Assembly: GCA_963708295.1 (NCBI GenBank)
Contig: CAVPSJ010000013.1
Location: forward strand, 128,001-192,000
Reading direction: 5' to 3'
Length of the DNA: 64,000 nt
Origin: an uncultured delta proteobacterium
GTDB taxonomy: Bacteria > Desulfobacterota > BSN033 > UBA1163
Part shown: positions 49,985 through 59,026 of the stretch, piece by piece
Position numbering within the stretch: the first letter of the stretch is position 1
Layout of the letters: each line of letters begins with the position of its first letter
Translations under genes and position numbers: made by a program
Notes under the pieces: generated by a model
The model's database searches: none
What the model was told of the DNA's origin: nothing
Seen by the model: the letters and a program-made list of their open reading frames with translations, nothing else

Positions 49985-51355
49985 ATGCTCAAGACCGATA
50001 AACTTTTTATCAGATTAAGAGAGATGATTGGCGAAGCCTATGTGATTCGGGACCCGGAAAAGCTCAAGGCCTATGTCATTGATGGGAAGAAACCGAAGGC
50101 CGTCGTCACTCCGGGGACGATCGATGAGGTTTCAAAGGTGGTTGCCTATGCGAGTCAGGAGCATCTCGCCATCGTTCCGAGAGGGAATGGAACCAAGATG
50201 GAAATGGGCGGGATTCCGAAGAAGTTGGATGTCGTTCTTTCCACCGGCCGGCTCAATCGCATCACCGATAGGGACTGCGAGAATCTTACACTTTCCGCCG
50301 AAAGCGGGTTGACTCTCGGCGAAGTTCAGAAGGGTTTAGCGAAAGTCGGAAAGGGATATTTTCTTCCACTCGATCCTTCCTTTACCGATAAGGCCACTTT
50401 GGGCGGCATTGTGGCGACCAACTCCAGCGGGCCGAAGCGGCTGCTTTACGGCACGGCCAGGGATATGATGATCGGGGCCAAGGCGGTCTTTCCAAATGGA
50501 GATCTCGTCGTTTCCGGGGGGAAAACGGTTAAGAATGTTTCCGGATATGACATGTGTAAACTCCTGATCGGGTCTCATGGAACGCTGGGCATACTCTGTG
50601 AATTGACCTTTAAACTCCTTCCTCTTCCTGAAAAAGAAGCAACCTTACTGCTTTCCTTCGGGAAATTAGAGGAAGCAGATGGCTTCGTTCGCGAGATTAG
50701 AGGTTCTCAATTGATCCCATCGTCCCTCGAGATGCTTAATGCCAAGGCTGTTCAAAGCATGAAATATCCGGTGTCCATGCCCCAGAATGGGAATTATCTC
50801 GTCGCCATCGGACTGGAGGGTGTCGCAGAAAGCATCGACAGGCAGGTTTCCGAGATGAGCGAGATGGCAAAGAAACAGGGGACCCTTGAAGCATTGACTT
50901 TGGATGCGGAGAGGCATCTGGCTTTCTGGGTTGCGGTCCGCGACTTCATCGATGGGTTGACCGAGAGATACCCGAGTGTCATCTCGCTCAAGTCCAACTT
51001 CTTGATCTCTAAATCCGGAGAAGTGCTGGATAATTATGAAAAGATTGCCCAGGGGTTGGGAATCGATTGTGCCTTCATCTCTCATGCCGGGAATGGGATT
51101 ATGTATTCCTATGTGCTCGCAGGGAAGAATTTTCGATCAAAGGTTGATTCCTTTGTAGAATTGATCGAAAAGCTGACGGCTGAGGCGGTGAAATACGGAG
51201 GCAGTCTTGTGGTGGAATCTTCTCCTCTAGCGATCAAGAAAAAGGTAGACGTGTGGGGACCGTCCCGAAGTGAATATTCGGTGGTCCGCCGGTTGAAGGA
51301 ACAGATAGATCCGGCAGGGATTCTGAACGTAGGGAGATTTGTGGGAGGAATTTAA
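49985..51355 (+). CDS. glcE: Glycolate oxidase/dehydrogenase subunit GlcE
   Basis: 'RGNGTK', 'ATLGG..SGPKRLLYG..RD', 'GGKTVKNVSGYD' and 'DPAGILN'. Follows glcD. Confidence 0.88.
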   Translation: MLKTDKLFIRLREMIGEAYVIRDPEKLKAYVIDGKKPKAVVTPGTIDEVSKVVAYASQEHLAIVPRGNGTKMEMGGIPKKLDVVLSTGRLNRITDRDCENLTLSAESGLTLGEVQKGLAKVGKGYFLPLDPSFTDKATLGGIVATNSSGPKRLLYGTARDMMIGAKAVFPNGDLVVSGGKTVKNVSGYDMCKLLIGSHGTLGILCELTFKLLPLPEKEATLLLSFGKLEEADGFVREIRGSQLIPSSLEMLNAKAVQSMKYPVSMPQNGNYLVAIGLEGVAESIDRQVSEMSEMAKKQGTLEALTLDAERHLAFWVAVRDFIDGLTERYPSVISLKSNFLISKSGEVLDNYEKIAQGLGIDCAFISHAGNGIMYSYVLAGKNFRSKVDSFVELIEKLTAEAVKYGGSLVVESSPLAIKKKVDVWGPSRSEYSVVRRLKEQIDPAGILNVGRFVGGI

Positions 51356-51364
51356 GTTAAGAAC

Positions 51365-51482
51365 ATTAATTTCAAATGTCAAAATTCAAATGATCAAATG
51401 AATGTCAAATTCTAAACATCGGAATTGTTGACATTTGAACTTTGGATTTGAATTGAAATTTGAACTTTGACATTTGGCATTT
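51365..51482. repeat. 7-nt periodic inverted repeat (TGTCAAA / TTTGACA)
   Basis: tttcaaa tgtcaaa attcaaa ... tttgaac tttgaca tttggca. Confidence 0.7.
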
Positions 51483-51525
51483 TAGATATCGTTTAATTCT
51501 GATCACGATGGATAAGGAGTTGAAC

Positions 51526-52676
51526 ATGAAGACAAGAGGAACTGAAGACCTTATTGTATGACGAGATCGCAAAATGCAATCGATGCGGTTTCTGTCTGGC
51601 CCACTGCCCGGTTTACACGGTCAAGGGGAGGGAATGGGCGACGCCCCGGGGGAAGAATGCCCTTGTCAGGGCGATCATCGAGGGCAAAATCGGTTGGACA
51701 CCCGAAATCGAGGAGACCCTTTTCCGATGCACGGGCTGCAGGCTTTGCACGCAGACCTGTTTTCCTGCGGTGGAGACCAATCAGGGGGTTCTTGCAGGAA
51801 GGGCATGCCTGGCGGATATGAAGCAGTATCCAAAAATTGTAGATCGGGTGTCGGAGGCCGTGGAGAACAATTTCAATATTTCAGACGAGCCGAATGAGGA
51901 GCGCATCGCATGGGTGGAGTTCATCAAGAACGCTCCGGATCACATGTATCAGAAGGAAAAGGCAAAGGTGCTCTACTTTGTCGGATGTGTGGCCTCCTTC
52001 TTTCCACTCGTCCAGAAAATTCCTCAGGCTTTCGTTCAAATCCTGGATAAAGGCCAAGTGGATTTCGCTACCCTTGGAGGAGAGGAGTGGTGCTGTGGTT
52101 TTCCTCTGATCCAGATGGGAATGCCCGATAAGATGCAGAAACTGATCGACCACAACCAGGAGAAGGTCCGACAGCTGGGCGCTGAGACGGTCGTGTTCGC
52201 TTGCCCTTCGTGCTACCACACATGGAAGGAGAAATACAAGATCGACGCAGAGATGCTCCATTCGACCCAGTTTATGGAGAGGCTGATCACCGAGGGAAAG
52301 ATCAAGTTCAATAAGGGTTTCAATAAAACGGTGACTTATCATGATCCCTGCGACCTGGGAAGAAATAGCAAGGTCTTCGATCCGCCGAGAAATATCCTGA
52401 AAGCAATCCCTGGCCTTAAGCTGGTGGAGATGGCAAACAACCGGCAGTTGTGCAACTGCTGCGGAGGCGGAGGAGACCTCGAGATGATCGACTCCGGAAC
52501 TTTCTGCCGCCATCGCTGAAAGGAAGATTCAGGAGATTAAGGATACGGGAGCTGAAGTGGTGGTGACATCCTGTCAGCAATGCATCCGGACCATTTCAGG
52601 ATATGCCAGAAAACATGAGATTGATCTCAAGGTGATGGATATCACCGAGGTCGTCCTGGAGGCAATGGGGTCTTAA
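51526..52676 (+). CDS. HdrD/GlcF-like Fe-S subunit (2x[4Fe-4S] + 2 CCG), with two +1 frameshifts
   Basis: CNRCGFCLAHCP, CTGCRLCTQTC, WCCG, YHDPC and NCCGGGG. AAGGAG RBS before ATG 51526. Removing one base at about 51535 and one at about 52493 restores 'DPELSAAIA..TSCQQC'. Confidence 0.85.
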
Positions 52677-52759
52677 CTTACCCCAAGACTTCCGAAGAAA
52701 ATTGTTTTTAGAGAGTTTTCACTTGCCAAATTACTCAACGAGAAAAAAGTAGTCCACGC

Positions 52760-54522
52760 ATGGCGGAACAAAATAAAACGACCAGGGAAATCCTACAGGC
52801 GAAGCTGGCAGGGAGAAAGCGGACCCCTCTGTATGATCGTGGCACTCTTGAAAAATTGCGCCAGGGGTTTCAAAAGTGGAAGAATAGCGTCGTCCGCGAA
52901 GAAGATCAACGGAATTGGCATGCCACCCCTCACACCCTTTTAGGTTCCGAGATCCCCAGAGAAATGCTCTACACACCACTCAGCAATCCGGATTTTGATT
53001 ATACGGAGGATTTAGGCCATTCAGGTGAGGAACCCTTTACCCGGGGTGTCCATGCCAACATGTACCGGGGCAAAGACTTCACCATGCGGCAGCTGACGGG
53101 TTTTGGGGGACCCGAGGAAACAAACCAGAGAATCAAATTCATGCTCGCTCACGGGGGACAGGGGCCAATGTTCTTTTCGACCTTCCCACCATTCAAATGT
53201 ATGACTCTGACGATCCGCTGTCCAAAGGCCAGGTCGGCATGTCCGGGGTAGCCATTGATTCAGTGGAGGATATGGATCTGGTGTTTAAAGACATTCCTCT
53301 CGACAAGATCACAGTTTCATTGGTGACCCATTACCCGTCGAACACGGCGATCTTATTTCCCATGTACCTGGCCCTGGCGGAGCGAAGAGGCATCCCCTGG
53401 GATAAACTGCGCGGCAGTGTTCAGAATGACATCACCCTGGAGGAAGTGGTCCGCAGCGGACCGGAATACATCCCGCCTGTAGATTGCTTCAGAATCCAAT
53501 GTGACAACATCGAGTTTATCAGGCAGAACGTGCCTCTTTGGAATTTCGTCACTTATAACGGTTACAATCTGCGGGAGTTTGGAACGTCAGGCGTCACCGA
53601 GATGGCAGTGGCTTTGGCGAATGCTATCTCGACCATAGAAGAGATGCTCCGAAGAGGGCACGATGTGGATTGGATCGCTGAGAGATTAGCATTTTTTTGG
53701 TCTCCAGCAAGCGATTTCTTTGAAGAGGTGGCGAGATTAAGGGCGGTCAGAAGACTCTGGTATAAAATAATGAAATATCGATTTGAGGCAAAGAGCCAGA
53801 GATCGATGTGGATGCGATGTCATGTGCAGACCTCCGGTGTTTCGTTGATGCGGGAAGAACCGTTAAACAACGTCATCCGGGCCGCTTACCAGGCCCTGTC
53901 TGCTGTCTTTGGGGGGGTCCAATCGTTACACGTGGATTCTTATGACGAGGCCTACTCCGTCCCCACCGAGGAAGCCGCATTGCTATCGTTACGAACACAA
54001 CAGATTATTCAGGCGGAGACCGGGATTACGGATGTGGTAGACCCCCTGGGAGGCTCCTTCTATGTCGAAGCCCTGACGAACGAGATCGAATCGAAAATTC
54101 TCGATGAGGTAGATGAGATCGAGAAGGTGGGGGGTTATGTGACGGCGATAGACAGGGGCTGGATACACAAGAAGATTGCCGATTATTTCTACAATGAAAG
54201 AAGCATGGTGGAGAAGGGGCATGATCAAATTGGTTGGCTATAATATCTATCAATCCCCCGGTCGGGCTTCCTCCCATTCATGTCTTCGAATATCCCGAGG
54301 GTGTGGAGGAAAGGCAGAAGGCGAGATTAGCAAGATTGAGAGAGCAGAGAGATAACGAGAAAGTCAGCAGCGCTCTGGCGGCGCTTGAAGACGCCTGCAA
54401 GAGGGGAATGAACGTGGTTCCTTATACCGTTCAGTGCGCGCGGGTCGGTTGCTCGGAAGGAGAGATGTTCAAAGTATTCAAGAAGGCTTTTGGACCTGTG
54501 GAAGCCGCCTGTATTCTGGTGA
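52760..54522 (+). CDS. B12-dependent acyl-CoA mutase large subunit (methylmalonyl-CoA mutase family), fragmented by about 4 frameshifts
   Basis: 'GEEPFTRGVH..MY', 'TMRQLTGFG', 'FDLPT..YDSD', 'GVAIDS', 'QNDI', 'FFEEVARLRA.RRLW', 'QTSG', 'GGVQSLH' and 'DPLGGSFYVE' lie across three ORFs. Indels at about 53155, 54218, 54255 and 54495. Confidence 0.88.
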
Positions 54523-54829
54523 CGATGCACTCTCTGCCCTGAGCCCTCTCCCCTTGGAGGCTGTGTCGCAATGGAACACCCGAGGGGAGAGGCAATCAGG
54601 TTCCAAAGCTTTAGAACGCGGGTCGTTTAGGTATGGGAAAGTATCGATTGTTCAAAATCGAGTGTCTTCATAGGGTTGGCAACCCTGAATCCAAACGATT
54701 AAAGGTTGCCGCTCTAAATCTTTTCCACCCGACCGCCTCTCCCCTTTTCCTAAAAGCCATATTCTCATTTTGCGACAGAGCTTCTTGAGGGGGAGGGAAG
54801 GGCGGGGGCTGATGAGGTATTGAGACGCG

Positions 54830-55243
54830 ATGGCTGGACAGATCAAGGTTTTATTGTCGAAGCTTGGTTTGGATGTGCATAATCGGGGAGTGATCACCGT
54901 GGCTAGGGAATTGAGAGACGCGGGGATGGAGGTTATTTACATTGGCAATTCGCTCCCGAAGGAGATCGTTCGTACGGCGATTCAAGAAGGTGTTGATGTG
55001 ATCGGTGTTAGCTCTCTCGGAGGTGCCCATTTGACGCTGGGGGGCGAGTTGATGGAGGAAGCTAAGAAAGAAAAGCTCGAAGGTTCTATGGCATTCGTGA
55101 TCGGAGGAGTTTTTTCGACGCCGGATGCCGAGAAACTGCGAGAAATCGGTTTTGACGGCACATTCGTGCCCGGAGCAACCCGGGAGGAAATCGTATCATC
55201 GATACGGAAATTTGTTTCTAGCAAGACCGGCAAAACACTGTGA
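54830..55243 (+). CDS. Cobalamin-binding subunit of acyl-CoA mutase
   Basis: DxHxxG (GLDVHNRG), SxLxGAH and GG motifs. Confidence 0.92.
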   Translation: MAGQIKVLLSKLGLDVHNRGVITVARELRDAGMEVIYIGNSLPKEIVRTAIQEGVDVIGVSSLGGAHLTLGGELMEEAKKEKLEGSMAFVIGGVFSTPDAEKLREIGFDGTFVPGATREEIVSSIRKFVSSKTGKTL

Positions 55244-55461
55244 AAGTCTTTGTAAATCCCTCCGGCCTCTCTTTACGAAAGGGAGGAGTGCTCGAAAACG
55301 AAGCTTTCTAAGCTAAAGCGTAAGGTAAGAGATGCTGGTCGTAACCCCCCATTCCCCCCTTAAGCTAAGGAGGAGCAAGGGGGGTTATGTTTCACGTTGT
55401 CAGGTGAAGCGGGGTTCGTAACCGTGGCCTTACCAGACACTAAGGGAGAAGGAGGTCCTCT

Positions 55462-56868
55462 TTGGTAATGAAAAAATGGCCGCCCCAGTATGATTGTTCT
55501 TATAAGCCTTCCCCGAAATCCAAATTCTGGTTTAAGGATTTGGAAACCATGGACCCCGAAGAAAGGGAGCAGAAAGTCATCCTGCCGAAGCTTCGGGCAC
55601 AGCTCAAGTATGCCTACCAGAAATCCGGTCTTTACAAGAAAAAATGGGATCGCGCAGGAATAAAACCGGAAGACGTTCGATCTCTCGCTGATTTTGAACA
55701 GATTCCCTTTTTGACCAAGGAGGAGATTCGACAGGATCAGAGAGAGCATCCTCCCTTTGGCAGCAATTTATGCACTTCTCTGAAGGATCTGGCGAGGGTC
55801 CAGGGGACGTCGGGAACGACGGGCAAACCGACCGCTTTCGGGATCAGTAAAGGAGACATGGAGCGCATCGCCGAAGCTCATGCCCGGACGATGTGGGGTT
55901 TTGGCATGCGGCAAGAGGATGTTGTCTTCATCGGCTCCTTTTTCAGCCTCTACTGGGGAAGCTGGGGAGCGTTGGCGGGGGCCGAACGTCTGGGCGCTGT
56001 TGCCTTTCCTTTTGGCGCCGGGGTTCCGGGCCAGACGGATCGAGCGATCGAATGGATGAAGGAGGTGAAGCCCACCGTCTTTTATGGAACGCCTTCCTTC
56101 AGCCTCTATCTGGCCGAAAGGGCGAAAGAGAGAGGAGTGGACCCTGCGAAAGATTTCAATTTCCGCATTCTTTTCTTCTCGGGAGAACCGGGGGCGGGTG
56201 TTCCATCTACCAAGAAAAGAATCGAGGAAACCTATGGCGGAATTTGTATCGATGCGGGTTCGACTGCCGAAATGACCCCCTGGATGGCTAATTGTGAATG
56301 CGAAAACCGGAAGGGGATGCACCTATGGCAGGATATTGTTTACGCCGAACTGATAGACCCGGTTACGAAGAAAAGGGTGCCTTACGGCAAAGAAGGGGTT
56401 ACGGTTTACACCCACCTGGAGCGGTCGTCGCAGCCGATGATCCGTTTCTGGGCGGGAGATATATCTCAGTGGGTGGATGATCCGTGCCCCTGCGGGCGAA
56501 CCTATCCGCGCCTCCCCAGAGGGATCTACGGAAGGGCAGATGATATGTTTGTCGTGAGAGGGGAAAATGTTTATCCGAGCGCGATCGAAGATGTGATCAG
56601 AAGCATCGAAGGATTCGGGGATGAGTATCGGATCGTGATTACCAGGGAAAAGACGATGGACGAGCTGATTGTCCAGGCGGAGTATGCGAAGGGAGTGGAT
56701 TCCAGGACCATCCCTGAATTAAAGAAGAAACTCGAAGCAGAGCTAAAGGCACGCGGTCTCCGGGCAGTGGTTCAGATGGTGGAACCGGATCGATTGGAGA
56801 GGACGGAATTCAAGGCCAAAAGAGTGATCGACAAAAGAAGCCTGTATGATGAAATAACGAAGCAGTAA
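55462..56868 (+). CDS. Phenylacetate-CoA-ligase-family enzyme resembling 2-hydroxyisobutyrate--CoA ligase (Hcl)
   Basis: 'GTSGTTGKPTAF', 'IA.AHAR.MWG', 'FSLY.GSWGALAGAERL', 'FPFGAG.PG', 'WQDI.Y', 'YTHLER.SQPMIR' and 'RTEFKAKRVID' are shared with Aquincola Hcl as recalled. Confidence 0.85.
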   Translation: MVMKKWPPQYDCSYKPSPKSKFWFKDLETMDPEEREQKVILPKLRAQLKYAYQKSGLYKKKWDRAGIKPEDVRSLADFEQIPFLTKEEIRQDQREHPPFGSNLCTSLKDLARVQGTSGTTGKPTAFGISKGDMERIAEAHARTMWGFGMRQEDVVFIGSFFSLYWGSWGALAGAERLGAVAFPFGAGVPGQTDRAIEWMKEVKPTVFYGTPSFSLYLAERAKERGVDPAKDFNFRILFFSGEPGAGVPSTKKRIEETYGGICIDAGSTAEMTPWMANCECENRKGMHLWQDIVYAELIDPVTKKRVPYGKEGVTVYTHLERSSQPMIRFWAGDISQWVDDPCPCGRTYPRLPRGIYGRADDMFVVRGENVYPSAIEDVIRSIEGFGDEYRIVITREKTMDELIVQAEYAKGVDSRTIPELKKKLEAELKARGLRAVVQMVEPDRLERTEFKAKRVIDKRSLYDEITKQ

Positions 56869-56917
56869 ACCCTGTCTCTCTCCTCGGGGGGAGAGAAGAG
56901 GCGAGGGAAGATTTGGC

Positions 56918-56975
56918 TTGACAAAAACATTCCGATTACATAGTATAACGCTTCGTTAGTGGATGGTCAGACCAT
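56918..56975 (+). promoter_or_regulatory. Sigma70 promoter plus perfect-arm FadR-type operator upstream of the TRAP operon
   Basis: TTGACA (56918) - N17 - TAGTAT (56941). ATGGT-CAG-ACCAT at 56963-56975. Confidence 0.7.
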
Positions 56976-57110
56976 TTTTGAGTTCTTTCACAGGAGAAAA
57001 ACTTTTTAGAGGGGGCCAAATTTAATGAAATCTCATGGCGGAAGGAGGTGGGCACTCTAACAGATGAAAGGGCATTTTTTCCCTTAACTCTTTTACAAAA
57101 GGAGGATGGC

Positions 57111-58265
57111 ATGAGTAAGAAAATCAAGGAAGACAAGACAAGTGAGGAGAAAGTTTCTCGACGTAGGTTCCTGAAGACGGCGGCAGCCACAGCCGGTGTG
57201 ACCGCAGCGACAGTCGGGGTCCCGAGCTTTTTACGTCTTGCGTCCGCTGCACCCATCAAAATTAAGATGCAGACGGCATGGGACGCAGGTACCGTGGGCT
57301 TTACCGAATTTCAGAAATTCTGCAAGCTCGTGGGAGATATGTCCGAAGGTCAGCTGACCGTTGAAGGATTTCCTGCTGGGGCAATCGTAGGCACGTTCGA
57401 AATGTTTGATGCGGTGAAGTCTGGAGTATTTGATGCTTATCACAGCTTTGACGTTTACTGGGTGGGAAAACAGCCTGCATGCACGTTCCTTTCTTCCTAT
57501 CCGTTCTCAATGGACCGACCGGACCAGTGGGAGACGTGGTTCAGGGAACTGGGTGGAATGGAAGTGGCAAGAGAGGCCTATGGTCAGCACAACATGTATT
57601 ACCTTGGCCCCATCCAGCACGATGACAATCTGATTCATTCCAAGGTGCCAATTCGCTCGTTTGAGGATTTCAAGGGGAAAAAGATCCGTTACCCTGGAGG
57701 GATCATTGCTGATATCTACCGGGCGGCAGGGGTCTCAACGGTTCTGCTTCCAGGTGGTGAAGTGTATCCAGCCCTCGAGAAAGGGGTCATCGATGCTTCG
57801 GACTTCGTGGGTGCAGCAGTCAATTACAATCTTGGGTTTGGCGAAATTGCTAAATATATCATTATGGGGCCTCCTTCCACCCCGTGCCTCCACCAACCCG
57901 TTGATTTGATGAGCGTGGAAGTGAATATGAATACATGGAAGAAGATCCCGAAACATCTGCAACTGATGCTGGAAGCAGCTGTGGCGATGCACTCCTATAT
58001 GCAGTACTCTGCTTTCCAGAAAGCCGATCTCAAGGCCTTTGACGATTTCCAGAAGAAGCAGGGGGTCACTGTGATCCGGCTCAAAGACTCCGATATTGAA
58101 AAGTTCAAAAAGTTTGCGCCACCTCTCTGGGCAACATGGGCGAAGAAAAATCCTCTTGCCTTGAAGGCCTTCAAATCTCAATGGGAGTTTTTAAAATCTG
58201 TGAAGGTTGGCTATTATACAGAGGCGGATATGGTTGATGCGCAGGGGAAGAAAATCACCCTCTAA
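57111..58265 (+). CDS. dctP: TRAP substrate-binding protein (lactate / 2-oxoacid-binding type, Tat signal)
   Basis: SRRRFLK Tat motif, 'MQTAW', 'FPAGAIVGTFEMFDAV' and 'LPGGEVYPALEKG'. GGAGG RBS before ATG 57111. Confidence 0.9.
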   Translation: MSKKIKEDKTSEEKVSRRRFLKTAAATAGVTAATVGVPSFLRLASAAPIKIKMQTAWDAGTVGFTEFQKFCKLVGDMSEGQLTVEGFPAGAIVGTFEMFDAVKSGVFDAYHSFDVYWVGKQPACTFLSSYPFSMDRPDQWETWFRELGGMEVAREAYGQHNMYYLGPIQHDDNLIHSKVPIRSFEDFKGKKIRYPGGIIADIYRAAGVSTVLLPGGEVYPALEKGVIDASDFVGAAVNYNLGFGEIAKYIIMGPPSTPCLHQPVDLMSVEVNMNTWKKIPKHLQLMLEAAVAMHSYMQYSAFQKADLKAFDDFQKKQGVTVIRLKDSDIEKFKKFAPPLWATWAKKNPLALKAFKSQWEFLKSVKVGYYTEADMVDAQGKKITL

Positions 58266-58477
58266 AGACTATCGGGGAGAGGAAGATGAGATTCATTTTA
58301 AATCCCTCTCCCCATTTTATGTGTAATTGCCCATGGCCATTAGGCCATTGACAAACCATGAGAATCATTCGCCCCATGTTACCCCCCTTTAGCAAAGGGG
58401 GGTGAGGGGGGATTTGAAAGTTATTTTCCAACTAAAGAATCGGATTATAGGGCTAAGAATTATCTGAGGAGAAGGGT

Positions 58478-59026
58478 ATGAATGGGTTGAATAAATTTAT
58501 GATGGCTGTGAACAAAACCAATATCTTTGTCGGGAAATTGATGGTTGGAGTGACCCTTTTTGCTGTCTTTGTGATCACCTTTGAGGTGGTGTTACGCTAT
58601 CTGTTTAACCGGCCGACAAACTGGGGGCATGAGACCATGATCCTCATGTTTGCAATTTTCTACTGCGCTGCCGCCGGTTATGCCCACTACTATCGCGCAC
58701 ATGTGCGAGTGGATGTTATTTACTCCACCCGCTCTCCGAGAACAAGAGCCTACATGGATTTGATCACCTCTGTGTTTTTCTTTCTCTTCGCGATTGTATT
58801 CATTTACACGAGCTGGAACTTTTACTGGAGTTCCCAGACGATGGATGCCGGGGCTAAGATATTCGGTGTTGGTATTCCTGGAGAGCTCTCCTTCACAGAC
58901 TGGGCGCCCCCCTATTACCCCGTTAAATTTATGATGCCCCTTGGAGGTTTTCTATTGTTCCTTCAGGGCATTGTCTGGCTCATCCGCGATATCCACATGG
59001 CTACGACCGGGAGGGAAATGAAATGA
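58478..59026 (+). CDS. dctQ: TRAP transporter small permease
   Basis: 'EVVLRYLFN.PT.W', 'HVRVDV' and four TM helices. Confidence 0.9.
   Translation: MNGLNKFMMAVNKTNIFVGKLMVGVTLFAVFVITFEVVLRYLFNRPTNWGHETMILMFAIFYCAAAGYAHYYRAHVRVDVIYSTRSPRTRAYMDLITSVFFFLFAIVFIYTSWNFYWSSQTMDAGAKIFGVGIPGELSFTDWAPPYYPVKFMMPLGGFLLFLQGIVWLIRDIHMATTGREMK

Noticed and set aside
52760-55243. The mutase as the 2-methyleneglutarate mutase of the nicotinate pathway
   Set aside because: The sequence belongs to the acyl-CoA (MCM) family, is paired with a CoA ligase and lies 45 kb from the nicotinate genes.
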